A stretch of DNA of 43,673 nt. It comes from Parvularia atlantis (lineage: Eukaryota). Made by a program: the position numbers and the translations under genes. Where the stretch lies: positions 1 through 43,673 of the forward strand of contig CALSCO010000533.1 in the NCBI GenBank assembly GCA_943704415.1. The letters are read 5' to 3'. Shown piece by piece: positions 1 to 23,504 of this stretch (positions are counted from its first letter, which is position 1; each line of letters starts with the position of its first letter). The notes beneath the pieces were generated by a model. That model did no database searches and had not been told where the DNA came from. It was given only the letters and a program-made list of their open reading frames with translations.

Positions 1-11
1 CGCCCGCCCAG

Positions 12-793
12 TACCACGAGTACCTCGTCGTGGGCCGCAAGCGGCCGACCGAGCGCGAGGCGCAGCCCAAGATCTTCCGCATGCGCCTGTTTGCGCCGAA
101 CCCGCTCGTCGCCCGGAGCAAATTCTGGTGCACCTCGCGGGCCGTTCCGCGCCGCACGCCGCGTTCTGACGACCTGCGCGCCCAGGTACTTCCTGCGGCG
201 CCTCGCCAACGTGAAGAAGATGAGCGGCGAGATCCTCGCGACGACCGAGGCACGTGCGGCCGCGGCGTCTGGCGCCAGGCGACGTCGCGCTGACCGGCCT
301 GCTGCTGCTGCTGCGCGCACAGATCTTCGAGAAGAAGCCGCTCGTGATCAAGAACTTTGGCGTGTGGATCCGCTACGACTCGCGGTCCGGCACGCACAAC
401 ATGTACAAGGAGTACCGCGAGCTGACCCGCGCCGACGCCATCTCGGCCTGCTGTGCGTCGCGTGTGCGCTCGTTGTGCTATGCCAGAGGCTGACCCGCGC
501 GCACGCGGCAGACAAGGACATGGCCAGCCGCCACCGCGCGCGCTTCAGCAACATCCACATCATGCGCGTCGGCGAGGTGGCCGGCGAGGAGAACGTCAAG
601 CGCGTGTACACGAAGCAGTTCATGGTGCGCCCGCGCGCGCGCGCGCTTCCGACCACTCGCCTGGCTCACCGTGCGACCGTGCACACAGAACTCGAAGATC
701 AAGTTCCCGCTCCCGCACCGGCGGATCCGCGCGCCGTCCAAGGCGCTGCACACGACCTTCAAGGCCAAGCGCCCCAACACGCACCTGCAGTGA
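12..793 (+). CDS. RPL18A: 60S ribosomal protein L18a (eL20), 5'-partial; 4 introns inside the window, one GC-AG (250-322)
   Basis: Spliced translation [13 protein letters not shown]...[72 protein letters not shown]...[10 protein letters not shown]...KIKFPLPHR...[11 protein letters not shown] matches eL20 signature motifs. The exon starts after an acceptor cag at 9-11. Stop TGA at 791-793. Confidence 0.97.
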
Positions 794-957
794 GCGCGCG
801 CCGTGCGGCTCGCGCGGCCTGGAGGCGGTGGCCAGCTTCTCGCGTCGGTCTGTGTCTCCCGTCCTGTCCTTTCCGCACCTCCCTCCTGTTTGCGTGTCTG
901 TGTCCCGCCGCGCCAAGGTCGTGTGGTCGTTCAAACAGCGCACATCGTACAGCCTCG

Positions 958-2375
958 TCACGCGTCGCTGCGCACGGGCGCGACGGTCTCGAACTTGGTG
1001 CTGCGCGCGCGGTGGCGTCAGATCCGCAACAGTGTAAGTCACGACGCACTTGCACGTCGTGCACGCGAGCATGTCGCGTTTACAGAAGACTGCCGCGCCC
1101 CGGCATCAGCGAAAGCACACCCGCGTCGCACAAACAAGGCCCCCGCACGCACTCGACAGGCACACGGAGCACACGTAGCCGATGTCGATCAGGCGCTTGT
1201 GGCAGAAGCACGACGCGCGAAAGTCGACGTCGTGCTTCTGCGGCAGCACGAGCAGCTTGCGCGTGTGCCGGTCGGGCAGGAACGCCGACTGCGTCGCGCG
1301 CGCGTGAGGCTGAGCCGCAAGACCCGTGTGCGCGCCTGCGCACTAGCAGCGTCGGCAGGAACGTCGCCAGCGACGCCGAGCGCACAAACAGCCCGCCAGT
1401 GAGGTGCGCCGCCTGCTGCATGAAAATGGACTCGGTCACGGTGAGCGAGCACACGTCGACCGGGATGGACTGGGCGGCGGCGCGTCGCTAAGAGGGGTGT
1501 CCACACACGCACAATGCGCGCCGTCACGCGCACCAGCTTCTGCGCCGAGAAGAGGCAGTTCATGATCGGGATAAACTGCACGGGCGCGTCCGGGCACACG
1601 TTGACGACGAGGACGCGCGGCTTGACGTCGCTCAGCTGGTCATTACGCAGCACACGATTGATGTCTGCACGCACGCGGGTGAGAGCGGCGTGAGTTCGCG
1701 CGGTGCAGCGGCAGAGGGACGCACAGCACAGCGCCGACGACAGGCACGCCGACAGCGCCGATGCTGCGCGCAGCGTGTGCGTCAGCCAGGCATTGGCGCA
1801 GCGTATCGCGGCCGCACAGGTGTTGCCCGGCGGCGGTCTCCCGGCGGTCTCGACGAGGGCCTTGAGGTCGCGCGCCACGATGCGGTCGAGCGTGGCAAAC
1901 TGCTCGTACTTGCCACGCAGCTGCGCCAGGTGCGACCGCGTCATGCGTCTCCCATCCCCACGCAGCGCGCGCACCTCGGCCGCCGCGACGTCGCTCAACG
2001 TGCGTTCGGCCTCGACCGTGCCCTCGGGCCCGTTGGCAAAGACGAGGACGCTGATCGGTGCGCTCAGCCGCGTCCGCCCCGCCTCATCCGCCCCGCCCGC
2101 ACCTCCGCGCGTGGTGCGCCGCAAACACGGCGACGAGGTTGTCCTCGCGCATGGCCAGGAACGCGTTGAGGAACAGCAGCAGCTGGTTCATCGTCTGCGC
2201 CGTTCGGGTCACGCGCATCCGGCCTGCCCTTGGCGCGCACCGACTCGACCACCGTTGTCTGGTCGCCCAGCTGCGTCGCCCACGCGACCGGGTTCGTCTC
2301 GAGCACGAGCACGAGCAGGCTCCGGTCGTCCTCGCTCACGGCCGCCGCCGTCGCCGTCGCGAGGCTCGCCGGCAT
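958..2375 (-). CDS. GTF2H3: General transcription factor IIH subunit p34/Tfb4 (vWA-like domain plus C-terminal C4 Zn finger); 9 introns
   Basis: [54 protein letters not shown] and [32 protein letters not shown] are typical Tfb4 motifs. ATG at 2375, TGA at 958-960. Confidence 0.95.
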
Positions 2376-2377
2376 GC

Positions 2378-2454
2378 TTGAGTGACACTCAACGAAAAAC
2401 TAAAATAACCCATGACGTCATCAGTCACCTTAGCTGAACGCGTGGATTGCGCAA
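2378..2454. promoter_or_regulatory. Short divergent promoter containing palindromic bZIP-type sites
   Basis: About 150 bp between the divergent ATGs at 2375 and 2526. It contains the inverted repeat TTGAGTG-A-CACTCAA (2378-2392), a perfect CRE ATGACGTCAT (2412-2421) and the C/EBP core TTGCGCAA (2447-2454). Confidence 0.6.
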
Positions 2455-2525
2455 GACGTGACTTTGTCGCTGCCGCCTTGCCATGCACCGTGCCGCGCGC
2501 CGACAGCCGCCCACCGCCCGCGATC

Positions 2526-3059
2526 ATGCTGCGCACCGTCTCCTGCGGCGACTCGCTGGCCATCGCCCTGCCCGACTCGCCCCCGGGCACGTTGCTGTGG
2601 CTGCGTCGCGCCTCGTCGTCCGGCTGTGACGCACCGGGCGTCGATGTCGGCGGCCTTTCGCCCTGCTCCTCGGCCGACTTTGCCGCGCTCGTCCCGTCCG
2701 CCGCCGCCGCCACCGTCGCCGCCTCGCCGTCCGCCAAGCGCAGCGGCCGCAGCGCCACCGCAAACGCAAACGCACCCAGCGCCAAGGCCAAGAAGAAGGG
2801 CCCGCAGCTCAGCTACGCCGACCGCCGGCGCATGAACAACAACGACGCGTCGCGGCGGGCACGCGCACGTCGGCGTGAGCGCGAGGACGCGGCGATCGAG
2901 CGGGTGCGTCGTGTACGGTGCAGTGCAGCGCTCACGCGACGCGGGTAGCAGGCTGACGGCTTGATGCGTGACAACGTCGAGCTCAGGGCACGTCTGGAAG
3001 GCCTGGAGCGCGAGCTGGCGGTACTGCGGCGGGCGATCGGCGAGGCGGGCGGCGTGTAA
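2526..3059 (+). CDS. Small bZIP transcription factor, C/EBP- or PAR-like; 1 intron (2904-2951)
   Basis: Basic region YADRRRMNNNDASRRARARRRERE has the N-x7-R pattern. After splicing it is followed by a 4-Leu heptad zipper ADGLMRDNVELRARLEGLERELAVLRR. TAA at 3057-3059. An in-frame upstream ATG at 2412 is an alternative start. Confidence 0.85.
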
Positions 3060-3112
3060 ACCTATATGCGTGCGAGAGAGAAAGAAAAAAAAAACAGCAA
3101 CAATTAGAGGCT

Positions 3113-16655
<13,543 letters not shown>

Positions 16656-17192
16656 CCGCCTTCTGACACGGATGCAAAACGACTTTCGCACGATCTCCTG
16701 TCAGCCGACAGCAATGCCGGCGACTTTGCGCTTATCACGAGTCGGGCGACGGTGATGCCGGCGCAGTGCTTGCCGCCTCTCTCTCATTGGACGCGCGCTG
16801 CACCGCGGTCGCTGCGCACCGCTCGGGAGCCGTCGCCGTGCTACGCGCGAGCAACGGGCGGACCAGCATGGGCGGGCGCCGTCGCTCGGGGCGGCCGCAT
16901 GGGGGGCGCGCGCAGGCCGCTGCAGTGGTGACGTGTGCCCATTGGCCGGCTGCGTTGCCGCCGCCCGTGTGCTTCGTCTGGACCGCGGGCGTCTTTTTCG
17001 CCAGCAGAAGGGGCTCTGGACGGTGCACGGCCGTGCGCGCGCCTCGTGCGCCGCGTTCTGCTGTGGCGGGAGGGCGGAACATTGCCGTGGTCGTGCCGCT
17101 CGTCCTGGCGCTTAACTAAGGGGGCGCGCGGCGCAGGAGGCGCCGCATCATTATCAGCAGCCCGTGGACGGCCCGGACCGACGACGACGCGG

Positions 17193-20100
17193 ATGGGCAG
17201 CAGGAGAAACCCGCCGCCGCGGCGCGTGTTTGGCGGCGGGGAGATGGGCGAGCTCGTGCGGACGTTTGCGTGGGGCGCGCACCCTCTTGGGCCGATCGAG
17301 CAGTGGCCCCATGTCCTCGTCACCACCGTCAACACCCTGCTCAACTCGCGCTTCCCCAAGGTCGTGTACTGGTCGCGCGAGCTCTATGCCATCTACAACA
17401 ACGGCTACCGCGCCATCCTCGGCGCGCGCCACTCGCCCGAGCTCGGCCGCTACGGTGCGTCGTGCGGGTTGCTGGGTTCGGTGGGCCTGGTCTGTGGGCA
17501 ACGCGCGCGTGGGAACGCGCAGCTGGCGGGTGCGGACTGGCCCGGTGGCCTGCCTGGTCTGTGCTCCCGTGCGATGCGCCTGCTCATGCGTCTTCGCTCT
17601 CTGCACGATGCCACTGGTCTCGCTGCGATGAGCCGCTGTCCTCATCCTCGCCCTCCTTGTCTCTTTGTCTCACCTTCGTCGTCGCACAGCCGCCGACATC
17701 TGGCCCGAGATCAAGGAGTACATCGTGAGCATGGTCGACGCCGTCCACAGCACCGGCGAGCCCACGTTCCTCTCCGACCACGCCCTCATGATTACGCGCA
17801 GCGGCTACGTTGAGGAGGGCTACTTCACCTTCTCGTGTTCGCCCGTCTACCTCGAGAACGGCACGTGCGGCGGCGTCCTGACCACGGTGCGCGCCGCAAC
17901 CCTCGCCCTGCGCCGCCCGCGCTCACCGCACAGCCGCGCAAGATCACCGAGACGACCGAGCGCATCGTCGGCGAGCGCCGCCTGCGTGCCCTGCGCGACC
18001 TCGGCTCGATGACGTCGGGCAAGCGCACGGTCGACGAGGCCGCGGACGCAATCAGCGAGGTCCTGCGCATGCACAACGCCGATACGATCTTCAGCCTGCT
18101 GTACCTGCCGGGCGACAACGTGCAGCGGGTGCGGGCTAGTGTGCCACACGCTCGCCGCTGCCGTCGCTCACCAGTGTCGCGCACAGCTGCACCTCAAGGC
18201 ACGCTCGTGCATCGCCGCTGAGCACCCGGCCGCTGCGCGCGAGATCAACCTCGCCGCCGGCGCTGCATGCTCGCCCCTGCCGCTGTACGACGTGGTGCAG
18301 CACCGGCGCATGCAGGTCGTCGGCGACCTCGACCGGCTGTACAGCGCGCCGCTACCCGGTGCGCACAGGCAGAAATATTTCCCTTTTTGGGCGACTGACT
18401 CCTCGTTCGCTTGCAGGCGGCCGCTGGGCTGACGCGGCGCAGACCGCGGCCCTGTGCCCGATCGCGTGCACGTGGGACGAGCGCGCGCTCGGCGTGCTGG
18501 TGATCGGCCTCAATCCGCGCCGGCCGTTCGACGAGAGCTACCGCGCGCACATCGAGCTGCTCGCGGGCCAGGTCGCGAATGCCATCAGCACGGCCAAGTC
18601 GTCGAGCGACGACCGCAAGCGCGTGCAGGTGCGGCTGTCGGCATCCGCGCTGACTGTGTCGCGCCTGACGGGGCCGCGCGCACTTCCCTGCAGATGCTGG
18701 CCGAGCTCGACCGGGCCAAGACCGCCTTCTTCTCCAACGTCTCGCACGAGCTGCGCACACCGCTAACGCTCGTCCTGGGCTCGCTGGAGCAGATCGCGAG
18801 CGACCGTGAACACGCCATCCCGATCGAGCAGCGCGGACGCCTCAACCTGGCGCAGCGCAACTCGTCGCGCCTGCTCAAGCTTGTCAATGCCCTGCTCGAC
18901 TACAGCCGCATTGAGGCAGGGCGGCTCAGCGCGTGCTTCGTGCCGACCGAGCTGGGCACGCTCACGGCCGACCTTGCGAGCATGTTCCGGTCGCTGATGG
19001 AGACGGGCGGGCTGCGATACGACGTGGTGATCGAGCCGATTGGCGAGGCGGTCTACGTCGACGTGGACCTGTGGGAGAAGATCGTGCTCAACCTGCTGTC
19101 GAACGCGTTCAAGTTCACCCTGCGCGGCACGGTGCTCGTGCAGCTGCGCCGCGGCACGCTCGAGCGACACGTTGAGTCGACGCAGAGCAGCCTGCTCGCG
19201 GGCGCGCCCCAGGTCGACTCCGTGCCGGCCGCCGTGTTGAGCGTGACCGACACGGGCTGCGGTGTGCCGGCCGACAAGCTGGCGCGCCTGTTTGAGCGCT
19301 TCTACCGGGTCGAGGCGTCACAGGGGCGCAGCTACGAGGGCTCGGGCATCGGCCTCGCGCTCACGCACGAGCTCGTCAAGCTGCACGGCGGGCGCATCGA
19401 CGTCCGCAGCGAGCACGGCGCTGGATCGACCTTCACCGTCACCATCCCGCTCGGCTCGCGCCACCTCCCGCCCGAGCAGGTGCACGACTCTGCGCCGCGC
19501 CTGCTCGGCGACAAGAGCAACACCGGTCGCGGGCGCCTTAGCACGCCCTTTGTCGAGGAGGCCTCGCGCTGGCTGCCCGACACCGAGGCACGCATGCGCC
19601 ACGACCCTGTCAACCTCGGCACCGTTGCACCGTCGCTCGCGGGGCGGCACGAGATGGACGTCGAGTCGGCTAGCAGCCTCAGCAACAGCGCGAGCGGGCC
19701 CGCCCAGAGCGGCTCGTCGATGTCGCTGCTCGCGGCCGAGGACGACATGGAGGTCAACGAGTCGCTCAGCACGCTTACACGCCTGGCCCTCAGCGGCGCA
19801 CCGACGGGCGGGAGTGAGGCAAGCACGCTGCCGATGTCGACCGCCTCGGGCCAAGCCCTCGTCCCGCTCGCCTCGACCAGCACCGTCGCCCCGCTCGAAG
19901 CAAAGCCCGCACGCTCCCGCCGCGCCAACAAGACCGACCCGACGCGGTCGCTCGAGTGGTCGCCATCCGGCGGGGCGTCGCTCGAGGACGACGAGACGAT
20001 GTCGCCGCAGACGATCTACCGGCATGTGCTGCGCGGACGGCACCCCGACGGCAAGAAGCCGACGGTGCTGCTGGTGGACGACAACGCGGACATGCGCATG

Positions 20101-22893
20101 GTGCGCGCCATGGGCGTTTGTGTGTGCACACGCACTCAGCAGCCGCGCGTGCCCACAGTTCATGCAGTCGCTGCTCAGCACCGACTTTAGCGTGTTCACG
20201 GCCGTGGACGGGCAAGAGGCCCTTGAGCGCGTGCTCGCGTCCATGAACACGTTCAGCGACGTGCCGGACGTGGTCGTGGCCGACGTGATGATGCCGCGGC
20301 TGGACGGCCTCGGCCTCGTGCGGCAGCTGCGCGCGCAGGAGGGCACGCGCCACATCCCCGTCATCCTGCTGTCAGCGCTCGCGGGCGAGGACGCGCGCGT
20401 CGAGGGCCTGCAGAGTGGCGCGGACGACTACCTGTGTAAGCCGTTCTCGGCCAAGGTGCGACCTGCGCCGGGTGCGAGGCGAGTGCGCGCGCATGCTGAC
20501 CGCCCCCCGCCTCGCACAGGAACTGCTCGCGCGCGTGCAAGCGCACCTGAGCATGAGCCTGCTGCGCGCGCACCTGGAGGAGATGGTCCAGCAGCGCACG
20601 CGGCAGCTGCTTGATACGCAGGAGCAGTTCCGCAACCTCGCGCACCTGAGCCCCGTCGGCATCCTGCGCTCGACGATGGAGGTGCGCACCTGGTCAGCCG
20701 GCAAACGGTCGTGCACGGTCAAACGACTGCGGCGCGCAGGGCCACATTGTCTACGCCAACGACCGCTGCCTGGCCATGCTCGGCGTCGAGCGCTGGGAGG
20801 CCGACGCCAAGCCGACGTTGGCGCAGTGGGTGTACGCCGACGATCGGCACCTGTTCGCGTCCCCCGTCTACGAGGCGCATCTGCGCGAGCAGTGCGAGTT
20901 CCGGCTGGTACGGCCGGGCGACGGGCGCGTGGTGTGGGTGTGCGGCCAGAGCGCGCCCGAGATGGACCCGCAGACGGGCGTGCTCCGGGGCTACATCTCG
21001 GCGCTGACCGATATCACCGAGCAGAAGCGGCTCGTGGCCGAGCACTTTGCGGCCGTGGCGCGCGCCGAGCAGGAGGCGCAGCAGCGCGCGACCGATGCGG
21101 ACGAGCACCGGCGGCAGCAGGAGACGTTTGTGGACATGGTCTGCCACGAGATTCGCAACCCGCTCAACGGCATCGTCAACAACATGGACCTGCTCCAGAC
21201 CAACACCATGCGCCGGCGCGAGCTGCTCCTCAGCCTGCCCGAGAGCGCCGAGCGGGCGCAGCTGCTGGAGCAGGTGACGGACGACCTGTCGATCTTCACC
21301 TCAGTCGACATCTGCATGAAGCACCAGGTGCGACCGCGCCGCGCTGTGCGTGTGCGCTCACACGCATCACGACGACGCGCAGCGCAAGGTCACCGACGAC
21401 GTGCTCAACCTGTCGCGCCTGAGCTCGGGCAACGTCGCGCTGAGCCTCGAGCCAATGCGGCCTGTACCGATCGTGCGCTCGATTGCGGACATGTTTGCGG
21501 CACAAGCGCGCGCGCACGCGATCGACCTCGTCTGCGACCTGCCCTCGCCGCCGCAGGATGACATCGTATTCCAGTGCGACCCGTACAGGCTCTCACAAGT
21601 GCGCGGCTCTATGCGCTGCTGCGGCATGCCGCTAACTCTTGAGGCGCAGGTGCTCATCAACCTTGTGTCGAACGCGATCAAGTTCACCGCGCGAGCGGCC
21701 GAGCGGCGCGTGACGATCAAGCTCGCGATCGCGCCGCACGTCGACGCCAGCAGCAGCAGCAGCAGCAGCAGCGACGTCAGCAGCAGACGATCGAGCGAGA
21801 GCAGCAGCCGGGCGACGGCGTCGTCGTCGTCGTCGTCGGCCGCCGTGTCGACGTCAACCTCAGGCGCGCTCGTGCCGCAGCCGGGCAACGTCGTTACTCT
21901 GCGCGCGACGGTGTCGGACACGGGCATTGGCATCGCGCCGGACGAGCTCACGACGCTGTTCCAGCGCTTCCGCCAGGCCAACTCGAAGACGTACAACCGC
22001 TACGGGGGCTCGGGACTCGGCCTGCATATCACTAAGCTCGTGCTGGGGCTGATGGGCGGCAGCGTGGACGTGACGAGCGTGCCGCTGCAGGGCTCGACGT
22101 TTGTCGTGACCGTGCCGTGCCGCGTGTGCCACAAGAGCGAGCTGCAGCCGACGGCGGCCAGCGAACACATGGTCGCCATTGCGGCCGCAGCCACCGCGCC
22201 CGCGCAAGAGACCCTGAAGCGGCACGCGGAAGAGGAGTACGACGGCCCGTCGTCCGAGTCGCTCGCGCGCCCGAGCGTTTCGCTGCCGGGCAAAGTCGGG
22301 GCCGAGGGCGAGAACTCGGCGTCGCCGCTGCCGCGCCGACGTCGGCTGTCGCAGGACGGGCAGCGGCGGGTGCTCAACATTTTGGGTGCGCAGCGGGCCT
22401 GCCGTGCGCTGCTAGCCTGGCACTGAGCCGCGGTGCGCGCACACTGGCAGTCGTCGAGGACAACGACATCAACCAGCGTGTGCTGCGCCGCCAGCTCGAG
22501 CTCGCGAGCGAGTTCAAGTGCCAGACGCAGGTCGCGTCAAACGGGCAGGAGGCCGTCGACCGCTACGTGCACGAGGGCCCGTTCGACGTGATTTTGATGG
22601 ACGTGGAGATGCCGGTCATGGACGGGCTGGCGGCGACGCGGCGCATCCGCGAGCACGAGGCCGCGGCGGGGCTGCGCGCTGTGCCGATTGTGGGCGTGTC
22701 GGGCAACGCGCGCGACGTGCGTCCCATGGGTGAACGCGCGTTGCCGTGCTAATTTGGCACGCGCGTGCGCGCGCAGGTGCACATCGCCGCCGGGTTTGCC
22801 GCGGGCATGACCGAGTACCTCATCAAGCCGTACAAGAAGGAGCAGCTGGTGCAGCTGGTCATCCAGGCGACCGCGTGGCCGGCGCCCCAGTGA
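17193..22893 (+). CDS. Dual hybrid sensor histidine kinase: PAS-like, GAF-like, HisKA-HATPase, REC, PAS, HisKA-HATPase, REC; no TM seen; 12 introns
   Basis: H-box 1 FFSNVSHELRTPL (His codon 18745), then NLLSNAFKFT, DTGCG, GSGIGLAL. REC1 DVVVADVMMPRLDG (Asp 20282). H-box 2 FVDMVCHEIRNPL (His 21145), then NLVSNAIKFT, DTGIG, GGSGLGL. REC2 DVILMDVEMPVMDG (Asp 22600). TGA at 22891-22893. Confidence 0.95.
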
Positions 22894-23212
22894 GATGCTC
22901 TGCCTTTGCAATTTGGTGTCTTGTGTACTGCAACGCGCACCGCCAGGTGAGAGGACGCGCTCTGGTGCGAATCGGGTGATTTGCCGATCCATCACGCAAA
23001 TCATGTTTCAGGCAAAACCTCTGCGACCACGTGGCCGACGCGCTCGACTGGGTGCTGCGCGAAGAGGGTGTGGCGGTGGGCCCCGGTTCCAATGAGCGGA
23101 AAACATGGCCGCGATAAGGCGCCAACATGGCCGTGGCTGGCGCCTGTTTTGCTCTCTTCGTCCCTTATGCCCGCGCGTGCCGCTGCCGCGCTGACGTCCG
23201 ATACGCGCGCTT

Positions 23213-23235
23213 CCCCCCCCCCCCCCCCCCCCCCC
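23213..23235. repeat. C23 homopolymer (G23 on the minus strand) upstream of the RS-rich gene
   Basis: Directly visible run of 23 C. Confidence 0.9.
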
Positions 23236-23504
23236 GCGTGTTTGGTGCGGGTGCTGTGCGTGCTCGGAGGCGCGCGCGGCAACATGAAGCGTCCTGGAGG
23301 CCTGTTTGCCGCGCTTGTCCCGCAGCGCATGCTGTCCGCTAGCGCCGCTCTGCGCGCTCGCTGCGTCTGCTATGCTCGCCTGCCCAGACACGCGCTCACC
23401 GCCCGCGCGCAGAGTGCGGCCGGCACCTCGCCGCGGCCCGCGAACAGTGCAGGTGAAGCGGCGTGAGCCTTGTGCCCTCGCGCTGAGCTCAGCAGCGACC
23501 GCCG

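Noticed and set aside
17193..20550. Bacterial contamination or recent horizontal insertion of the bacterial-looking kinase module
   Set aside because: It carries host-type spliceosomal introns and similar codon usage to its neighbours, so any transfer would be old.
21749..21840. (AGC)n and (TCG)n microsatellites
   Set aside because: They are ordinary coding poly-Ser linkers inside the second HATPase domain.
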